Source of the DNA: Eubacteriales bacterium
GTDB taxonomy: Bacteria > Bacillota > Clostridia > Oscillospirales > SIG627
Reading direction: 5' to 3'
Assembly (NCBI GenBank): GCA_045580105.1
Contig: JAZNNH010000043.1
Coordinates: 1 to 51,173, forward strand
Length of the DNA stretch: 51,173 bases
Part shown: one piece after another, positions 25,271-32,370 of the stretch
Numbering within the stretch: position 1 is the first letter of the stretch
Layout: every line of letters begins with the position of its first letter
The notes under the pieces: generated by a model
Database searches by the model: none
What the model saw: only the letters and a program-made list of their open reading frames with translations
What the model was told of the DNA's origin: nothing
Translations under genes and position numbers: made by a program

Positions 25271-25447
25271 TTGGAACCTTTTGAAAAAGGTTCCAAACCT
25301 CCAAAACGTTCCTTTCTTTGAAAAGAAAGGAACCAAAGAAACTTTCCGAAAGGAAGAACAAAAAAGGACTGATTTTTCAGTCCTTTTTTATTATATTACC
25401 CATTACAAAGTTTTCTTTGGCTTACCTTTCTTTTGAAAAAAGGTAAG
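25271..25447 (+). repeat. modular palindromic repeat element, copy C
   Basis: 26-nt perfect palindrome 25271-25296; L hairpin 25308-25333 plus caaagaaactttc; terminator GGACTGA-tttt-TCAGTCC-T6 25366-25389; R hairpin 25421-25447. Confidence 0.85.
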
Positions 25448-26701
25448 TTATTTATTATAAATTCGCTCGATTTTGGTGAAGCCGTCTTCCATCAGCCGAT
25501 CAATTTGGAATTTGGCATTCTTTTTCAAAGGAAGAACGGTGACGGTGTTGCCCTCGGCACGCAGGGCTGCTGCCTGATCGAAGATCTCTTGCATCTTTTC
25601 CGCCGAAGCACCGGTTTCGACCAAGAATGCGATGCCCTCTTTGGCGTCCTCGTTTTTGACGGGGTGATCGCGAAGAATGGTGATAATGCGTTCAAATCCG
25701 ATGGAAAAACCGCAGGCAGGAACTTTTTGACCGGAGAATTTTCCGATCATTTCGTCGTATCTGCCGCCGCCGGCAATGGAAAAGTTGTATTCGTCCAGTT
25801 TCACTTCGAAAATCGTTCCCGTGTAATAGCCCATACCGCGCACGAGGGTCGGATCAAATTTTAAGGTCACGTTTTCACCCAGCGATTTTCTCACACAGGA
25901 AAGAATGGTATCCAGTCCGCTCGGAACGGACGGGGAGAGAAGCTCTTCCGGAAGCTTGGCACAGAAATCGGCAACACAGGGGGCATTGTTTTCAAAGAGT
26001 GCAAGATAGGAATCCACCGCTGTTTCTTCCAGACCCAGCGAAAGAAGCTCGGCTTTCACGCCCTCGACACCGATTTTGTCGAGTTTATCCAAAATAATGA
26101 AGACTTCTTCCAAAACCTCTTCGGAAAAGCCGGCAGACAGAGCCATCGCGCGCAAGATGCGGCGGTCGTTTACGTGAATGGTGATGTTTTCGATTCCCGT
26201 TCCGGCAAGAAGTTTGGAGAGCATATTACCGGTTGCGCCCACCAATTCAATTTCTGCCAAAATGGAGGCATCTCCGAGAATATCAATATCGCATTGGGTA
26301 AACTGACGGAATCTGCCTTTTTGGGGCTGATCGGCGCGCCATACGTTGCCGATCTGAAGTGCCTTGAAAGGCGCGGGGAGGGTGGCGCTGTTGGCGGCGT
26401 AGAAGCGGGACAGCGGCAGGGTCAGATCATAGCGCATGCCCGAATCGGCAAGATCGGAACCGGTTTCCAGCGCACGGGAAAGAGCCGCACCGCGTTTGAG
26501 CACCTTAAAGATCAGCTTTTCGTTTTCGCCGCCCTGTTTTCCGGTCAGGTTTTCGATGTGCTCCATACAAGGCGTTTCAATTTCGCGGAAGCCGTAGGAA
26601 GAATAGGTACTGCGAATTTTTGCCAATACACTCTGACGCAGTGCCATCTCCTGAGGTAAAAAGTCGTTCATTCCCTTCACAGGGGTCTTTACAAATCCCA
26701 T
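25448..26701 (-). CDS. hisS: histidine--tRNA ligase
   Basis: class II motifs, e.g. VWRADQPQKGRFRQFTQCDID and GGGRYD. Confidence 0.95.
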   Translation of the reverse strand: MGFVKTPVKGMNDFLPQEMALRQSVLAKIRSTYSSYGFREIETPCMEHIENLTGKQGGENEKLIFKVLKRGAALSRALETGSDLADSGMRYDLTLPLSRFYAANSATLPAPFKALQIGNVWRADQPQKGRFRQFTQCDIDILGDASILAEIELVGATGNMLSKLLAGTGIENITIHVNDRRILRAMALSAGFSEEVLEEVFIILDKLDKIGVEGVKAELLSLGLEETAVDSYLALFENNAPCVADFCAKLPEELLSPSVPSGLDTILSCVRKSLGENVTLKFDPTLVRGMGYYTGTIFEVKLDEYNFSIAGGGRYDEMIGKFSGQKVPACGFSIGFERIITILRDHPVKNEDAKEGIAFLVETGASAEKMQEIFDQAAALRAEGNTVTVLPLKKNAKFQIDRLMEDGFTKIERIYNK

Positions 26702-26890
26702 GGATCATCCTCCAAATATAAGTGTTTCGCCCGATCGGGCGCTGTTTTGCAAATTCGGTGGAAAAGACGTGAAATCCACGCAGAATCTATTATATGATGA
26801 AAAAGCGCGTTTGTAAAGCCGAAAGGAAAATTTTCACAAATGCACCGCCCCGTCGCGCGGGGGCAAATTGAAGAGGGTGCGAATTTTCTA

Positions 26891-26919
26891 TGGACTTTTT
26901 GAAAAGAAAATGTTATAAT
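26891..26919 (+). promoter_or_regulatory. promoter of the dCMP deaminase gene
   Basis: TGGACT, 17 nt spacer, TATAAT with an upstream TG (tgttataat, 26911-26919). Confidence 0.55.
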
Positions 26920-26953
26920 ACTATATCTGTTATCATTTTTGGAGGTTTTTTCC

Positions 26954-27442
26954 ATGATACAAAGAAATTCGAAAGAAAATTATTATTTGGATATCGCGCA
27001 GACCGTTTCCGAACGAGGCACCTGCTTGAGAAAAAAATACGGCGCCATCATCGTGAAAAACGATGTGATTGTTTCGACCGGCTACGTGGGCGCACCGCGC
27101 GGCAGAAAGAATTGCTGTGATATGAATTTTTGTCTGCGTGAAAAAATGAATATCCCTCGCGGAGAGCGGTATGAATTGTGCCGCAGTGTCCACGCAGAGC
27201 AGAATGCGATCATCAACGCCTCCCGTGAGCAGATGATCGGAAGCACCATGTATCTTTGCGGTGTGGATGCCAAAACCGGCGAATACGTGGAAAATTCCTC
27301 TTGCTGTCAGATGTGCAAGCGCATGGTCATCAACGCGGGAATCGAAAAAGTCGTCATCCGCGATTCCAAGGACAAATATCGCATCATTCAAGTGTCCGAA
27401 TGGGTCGAAAACGACGATTCTCTGGGCACTGTCGGGTATTGA
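26954..27442 (+). CDS. comEB: dCMP deaminase (ComEB family)
   Basis: HAEQNAI and CCQMCKRMV zinc-ligand motifs; start trimmed to MIQRNSK behind ggagg. Confidence 0.9.
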   Translation: MIQRNSKENYYLDIAQTVSERGTCLRKKYGAIIVKNDVIVSTGYVGAPRGRKNCCDMNFCLREKMNIPRGERYELCRSVHAEQNAIINASREQMIGSTMYLCGVDAKTGEYVENSSCCQMCKRMVINAGIEKVVIRDSKDKYRIIQVSEWVENDDSLGTVGY

Positions 27443-27445
27443 TCC

Positions 27446-27682
27446 CACACCCCATTAGAGTTTTTGTAAACTTGTGAGGAAACACCCCATTACAGTTTTC
27501 TTTGTCAAACTTTCTTTTTTAAAAGAAAGTTTGAAGCTTTTCTTTGCTTACTTTCTTTAAATGATTGTGGGGAAGCACTTCCAGTTTAGCTTTTCTTTGC
27601 TTACTTTCTTTAAATGATTGTGGGGAAGCACTTCCAGTTTAGTTTTTCTTTGCTTACTTTCTTTTTTCAAAAAGAAAGTAAG
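27446..27682 (+). repeat. modular palindromic repeat element, copy D (no terminator module; contains a 53-nt tandem duplication)
   Basis: acaccccatta[g/c]agtttt twice (27447, 27482); R hairpin 27505-27534; perfect 53-nt copies at 27537-27589 and 27590-27642; R hairpin 27653-27682. Confidence 0.9.
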
Positions 27683-27699
27683 GAGAAAGGAATGAGGTT

Positions 27700-28707
27700 A
27701 TGTCAAAATCTTTTGTGCCGGAAGGATACGTCAACCGCTTGGGCGCGTACGATACCCAAGCCGCCATCAGTGTATTGCGCCGCCGATTCGAAAAGAATCT
27801 GGCATCGGCGTTGAATTTGAAGCGCGTTTCCGCGCCCTTGTTTGTCGATCCCAATACCGGCTTGAACGACGATTTGAACGGACACGAGCGTCCGGTTCGC
27901 TTTGATATTAAAGAAACGGGCTCCGATGCGGTGGTGGTCCACTCTCTTGCCAAGTGGAAGAGAATGGCCTTGCACAAATACGCATTCCCCGTAGGCGAGG
28001 GTCTTTATACGGATATGAACGCCATTCGTCGCGACGAAGAAATGGACAATTTGCATTCCATTTACGTAGACCAATGGGATTGGGAAAAGGTCATTTCGGA
28101 AGGCGATCGCACCCAAGAGTATCTGAAAAAGACCGTCGGCGCGATCGTTGCCGCCGTGTGCGATACGCAAGACGAGGTCAAGAGCTTGTATCCTTCCTTG
28201 AAGACCACGCTTTGCCGCAAGGTCAAATTCGTAACCGGTCAGGAACTGGAGGATCGCTATCCGGATTTGAGCTCCAAAGAGCGGGAAAATGCAATTTGCC
28301 GTGAGTATAAGACTGTATTTATCATGCAGATCGGGGATAAACTCAAAAGCGGAAAGCCGCACGACGGCAGAGCCCCCGACTACGACGATTGGTCGCTGAA
28401 CGGAGATCTTCTGTTCTGGGACGAGGTGCTGGGACTTGCACTGGAAATTTCTTCGATGGGAATCCGCGTTTCCCCGCAATCTCTCGTGGAGCAGCTGGAA
28501 AAAGCCGGTTGCCCCGAACGCGCCAATTTAATCTTTCACCGTCAACTGATCGACGGTACGCTGCCTTTGACGATGGGAGGCGGAATCGGTCAGTCGCGGC
28601 TTTGCTTGCTTCTTTTGGAAAAGTGCCACGTCGGCGAAGTGCAGGTTTCGCTCTGGGATGAAAAAACCGAAGAGATCTGTCGCCGCGGCGGTGTGAATTT
28701 GCTTTAA
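27700..28707 (+). CDS. asnA: aspartate--ammonia ligase (asparagine synthetase A)
   Basis: 335 aa; N-terminus and LNLKRVSAPLFV... and IYVDQWDWEKV are typical AsnA. Confidence 0.9.
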   Translation: MSKSFVPEGYVNRLGAYDTQAAISVLRRRFEKNLASALNLKRVSAPLFVDPNTGLNDDLNGHERPVRFDIKETGSDAVVVHSLAKWKRMALHKYAFPVGEGLYTDMNAIRRDEEMDNLHSIYVDQWDWEKVISEGDRTQEYLKKTVGAIVAAVCDTQDEVKSLYPSLKTTLCRKVKFVTGQELEDRYPDLSSKERENAICREYKTVFIMQIGDKLKSGKPHDGRAPDYDDWSLNGDLLFWDEVLGLALEISSMGIRVSPQSLVEQLEKAGCPERANLIFHRQLIDGTLPLTMGGGIGQSRLCLLLLEKCHVGEVQVSLWDEKTEEICRRGGVNLL

Positions 28708-28724
28708 AAGAAATAGGGGACAGT

Positions 28725-30815
28725 ATGATCAACGTGCCTGAAATTTTCGGATCGAAAGTATTTAACGATCCGGTGATGAAACAATATCTGCCTGCCGAGG
28801 TGTACGAATCTCTCAAAAACACCGTGGCAAGGGGAGAAACCTTAAATTCTGAAATTGCCGATGCCGTTGCCAAGGGAATGAAAGAATGGGCACTGAGTTT
28901 AGGTGCTACGCATTTTACCCATTGGTTCCAGCCCATGACCGGTACCACTGCGGAAAAGCACGATTCATTCGTGCGCCCCGTCAACGACAGCCAGATCATG
29001 ATGGCCTTTTCCGGCAAGAATCTGATCTCCGGTGAAGCAGACGCCTCTTCTTTCCCCTCCGGCGGTCTGCGCGCCACCTTCGAGGCGCGCGGCTATTCTG
29101 CTTGGGACCCCACGTCCTACGCGTTCGTCAAGGACAATACCCTTTGCATCCCCACGGCGTTCTGTTCCTATCGCGGGGAGAGCTTGGATAAAAAAACACC
29201 GCTCTTGCGCTCGCAAGAGGCGATCGACCGCGAAGCGCGTCGTCTGCTGGCTCTGTTCGGCATGACCGACGTGAAGCGCGTTCACGCGGAAGTGGGTGCG
29301 GAGCAGGAGTATTTTCTCATCGACGATGAAATGTGGAGCCGCCGTCCCGACTTGGTGTATTGCGGCAGAACGCTGTTCGGCGCACGCCCCCCCAAGGGTC
29401 AGGAAATGAACGACCACTACTACGGTCAGATCAAGCCGCGCGTGCTTGCCTTTATGCAGGAATTGGACGAGGAGCTTTGGAAACTGGGAATCCTTGCCAA
29501 TACGGAGCACAACGAGGTTGCCCCCGCACAGCACGAATTGGCACCGATTTATTCGACGGTGAATATCGCAACCGATCACAACCAGTTGACCATGGAAATG
29601 ATGAAGAAGATCGCCGCCCGCCACGGCTTGGCGTGCCTGCTTCACGAAAAGCCCTTTGCGACGGTCAACGGTAGCGGTAAACATAATAACTGGTCCATTT
29701 CTACCGATACGGGCGTGCCCCTGCTCAAGCCCGGCAAGACCCCCTCGCAGAACGCACTGTTTCTCTTGATTCTCACCGCAGTGATCAAAGCGGTGGACGA
29801 AAACCAGGATCTGCTTCGCATTTCCGTTGCCGACGCCGGCAACGACCATCGTTTGGGTGGAAACGAAGCACCTCCCGCCGTACTTTCCATTTTCCTTGGC
29901 TCTGAATTGGAAGCCATTTTGGAAGATATTATGGCAGGCGAAAAGCCGGAAGACCGCCCGAAGACAAAACTCAATATCGGTGCATCGGTTCTGCCCGTGC
30001 TTCGCTGTGACAGTACCGACCGAAACCGTACCAGCCCCTTTGCCTTTACCGGTAATAAATTCGAGTTCCGTATGCCCGGTTCTTCTTGCTCGATCGCTTG
30101 TCCCAATATGATCATGAACACCATCGTTGCCGAGGCACTGTCTCAGTTTTCGGATATTTTAGAACAAAGTCAGGATTTCCACTCCGACTTGAACAAGCTC
30201 ATTCACGATACCCTGATCCGTCACCGTCGGATTATTTTCAACGGTGATAACTATTCGGCTCAGTGGCGGGAAGAGGTCAAAAAGAGAGGGCTTCTCAATT
30301 TTTCCAATACCGTGGAGGCCATTCCGCATTATACCGACGAAAAGAACGTCGCGATGTTCGAAAAGCACAAGGTGCTCTCCCGCGCGGAGATTGCTTCCCG
30401 ACAGGAAGTGCTTTTGGAAAACTACGCCAAGAGTATTCGCGTGGAATGTCTGACGATGGTAGACTTGACCCGCAAGGATATTATCCCTGCTGTGGTTCGT
30501 TATCAGAATTTCCTGTTGCAGGAGAGAAAAGCAAAGGAAAGCGTCGGTGCGCTTTCGACCAAGTTGGAAGACCGTTTGTTGCGTGACGTTTCCGATTTGA
30601 GTGAAACCCTCTTTGTGCGTTTGGAAAAGCTGGAAGAAGATGCCGAAAAGGCGAAAGAGCCCACCGATGCCCTCGCCCTTGCCGTCTATTCCAGAGAAGT
30701 CTTGTTCCGCGATATGACCTTGCTGCGAGAGGTGATCGACCGACTCGAAAGCATTGTGGCACGTGAGTTTTGGCCGTTCCCGACCTATGCGGAGATTTTG
30801 TATAGCGTAAAATAA
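28725..30815 (+). CDS. glnN: glutamine synthetase type III
   Basis: 696 aa; N-terminal FGSKVFNDPVMKQYLP, catalytic EVAPAQHELAP and NGSGKHNNWS motifs. Confidence 0.9.
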   Translation: MINVPEIFGSKVFNDPVMKQYLPAEVYESLKNTVARGETLNSEIADAVAKGMKEWALSLGATHFTHWFQPMTGTTAEKHDSFVRPVNDSQIMMAFSGKNLISGEADASSFPSGGLRATFEARGYSAWDPTSYAFVKDNTLCIPTAFCSYRGESLDKKTPLLRSQEAIDREARRLLALFGMTDVKRVHAEVGAEQEYFLIDDEMWSRRPDLVYCGRTLFGARPPKGQEMNDHYYGQIKPRVLAFMQELDEELWKLGILANTEHNEVAPAQHELAPIYSTVNIATDHNQLTMEMMKKIAARHGLACLLHEKPFATVNGSGKHNNWSISTDTGVPLLKPGKTPSQNALFLLILTAVIKAVDENQDLLRISVADAGNDHRLGGNEAPPAVLSIFLGSELEAILEDIMAGEKPEDRPKTKLNIGASVLPVLRCDSTDRNRTSPFAFTGNKFEFRMPGSSCSIACPNMIMNTIVAEALSQFSDILEQSQDFHSDLNKLIHDTLIRHRRIIFNGDNYSAQWREEVKKRGLLNFSNTVEAIPHYTDEKNVAMFEKHKVLSRAEIASRQEVLLENYAKSIRVECLTMVDLTRKDIIPAVVRYQNFLLQERKAKESVGALSTKLEDRLLRDVSDLSETLFVRLEKLEEDAEKAKEPTDALALAVYSREVLFRDMTLLREVIDRLESIVAREFWPFPTYAEILYSVK

Positions 30816-30974
30816 TTCTGCTCGATAAAATCCGCTGCGGCTTTGTCAAACAGCGCGCGGGGCTCGGTTATTTACGAAAAGTAAACGTCCATCGCCTCCT
30901 TGCTTGTTTTCCTCGCCTCGCTGAATTTTCTCTTCGCAGAAAAAATCCAAATACTTTTGCATTCAAAAAGCAAA

Positions 30975-31203
30975 ACAAAAAAGGACTGATTTTTTCAGTC
31001 CTTTTTTTGCACCTTTTTGAAAAAAGGAGCAAACCCCAAAAACTTTCGGAATGGAAAACAAATCATTCTCTATTACCGTTTTCTTTGTCACACTTTCTTT
31101 TCCAAAGGAAAGTGTGGTTTGAAGTTTTCTTTGAATTTGTTGTGGAGGGCACGTTCAGTATAGTTTTCTTTGGCTTACCTTTCTTTTTCAAAAGAAAGGT
31201 AAG
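30975..31203 (+). repeat. modular palindromic repeat element, copy E (module order permuted: terminator first)
   Basis: terminator GGACTGA-ttttt-TCAGTCC-T7 30983-31008; palindrome 31009-31030; ccaaaaactttc; R hairpin 31089-31116; hairpin-less unit 31121-31163; R hairpin 31174-31203. Confidence 0.85.
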
Positions 31204-32349
31204 TTATTCTTTTGATTCTTCTTCCTGCGGGGGTTGAAGCTTCGCTTCGCGCGCTCGCACGTCACGGCGGAGAATGCGGTAGAGTGCCGCGGCAAAGGGG
31301 ACACCGAGTAGCATTCCCACAACGCCAAACATACCGCCGCCGATCGTGACCGCCGCCAAGACCCAAAAGCCGGGCAGCCCCAGAGAAGTTCCTACTACCT
31401 TGGGATAGATAAAATTGCCTTCGATTTGCTGAAGAATAATGAGGAAAACAAGGAAGATCAGGGCTTTGAGGGGAGATACGGTCAGAATCATAAAAGCACC
31501 GACCGCCGCACCGATGTAAGCCCCTGCAATGGGAATGAGTGCGGTGAACGCAATGAGTGCGGAAATCATACCGGCATAGGGCAGGCGAAGAATGAGCATA
31601 CCCGCGGCGCACAGAACGCCTAAAATGACCGCCTCGAGGCACTGTCCCACAATGTACTTGTGAAACGATTCATTCAAGACGGACAGAAGATAGGTAATCG
31701 TTCCGTTCCACGTTTTCGGCAGGTACGTAGCAAAGAGGCGAGAAAACTGCCGTTTGAGCTGTTTGCGGGAAAGGAGAATGTAAAGGGCGAAAATGAAGCT
31801 GAGCAGTCCCGTTACCACACCGGAAATGAGCCCTGCGACCGTGGTAATGACCATATTAACCACGCCACTGACCCCGCTTGTTACCATATTGATCAGATCG
31901 CCGATGCGGCTCTTCCAGTCAATGGCAGACAGCCGGTTGAACACGTCGTCGGACAGGAGATTGTGTTCCTCCAGCAAAGCAAGAAGCTTGCTGATCGCAC
32001 CGGGCAAAAGATCGAGGATCAACTGCACGCAAGAGATCAGCTGCGGCACGATCAAGCCGATGATCAGGCCAACGACAGCAAACACCGAAAGAACGGACAA
32101 AACCAGACAAAGCGGGAGTTTGATTTTCAAAAGCCACCTCTTTTTGCACTTGGCAAACAAAACCCGCTGGTAGAAATCCATCGGAAGCGCGAGAATATAC
32201 GCAAGACCGGCACCGATGAAAAGGGGTAGAGCGGCGGACATGACCGCGCCGAGAAACGAGAATACCGTCGGCCAGAAATGAATGGCAAGATAGAGGAGAA
32301 AAACAGAAACGCCAACGGTCAGGCAAAATTTTATTTCCTTTTGTTTCAT
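31204..32349 (-). CDS. AI-2E family transporter (PerM/UPF0118)
   Basis: 381 aa, about 8 TM; IPIAGAYIGA and QQIEGNFIYPKVVG motifs. Confidence 0.85.
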   Translation of the reverse strand: MKQKEIKFCLTVGVSVFLLYLAIHFWPTVFSFLGAVMSAALPLFIGAGLAYILALPMDFYQRVLFAKCKKRWLLKIKLPLCLVLSVLSVFAVVGLIIGLIVPQLISCVQLILDLLPGAISKLLALLEEHNLLSDDVFNRLSAIDWKSRIGDLINMVTSGVSGVVNMVITTVAGLISGVVTGLLSFIFALYILLSRKQLKRQFSRLFATYLPKTWNGTITYLLSVLNESFHKYIVGQCLEAVILGVLCAAGMLILRLPYAGMISALIAFTALIPIAGAYIGAAVGAFMILTVSPLKALIFLVFLIILQQIEGNFIYPKVVGTSLGLPGFWVLAAVTIGGGMFGVVGMLLGVPFAAALYRILRRDVRAREAKLQPPQEEESKE

Positions 32350-32370
32350 ATTGCTATCCTTTTTCTTTTT

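Noticed and set aside
26702-26953. A possible T-box or other leader upstream of hisS
   Set aside because: The region is only about 230 nt. It has no GGUGGUACC-type T-box sequence, no AGAGA/AGUA Stem I elements and no terminator before the SD. It looks like two back-to-back promoters.
27443-27699. A possible Asn T-box upstream of asnA
   Set aside because: The whole gap is accounted for by repeat-family modules and no T-box sequence or specifier architecture is present.
27614-27977. ORFs crossing repeat copy D (27614-27814 +, 27654-27977 -)
   Set aside because: Their 5' parts are translations of the repeat hairpins (FFFQKESKEK-type low complexity) and the remainder overlaps asnA out of frame.
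10094-31203. The repeat clusters might be small CRISPR arrays
   Set aside because: The constant part between hairpins is only about 11 nt. The variable parts are self-complementary stems rather than unique spacers. Unit spacing is irregular, each locus has only 1-4 units, and no cas genes or leader are present.
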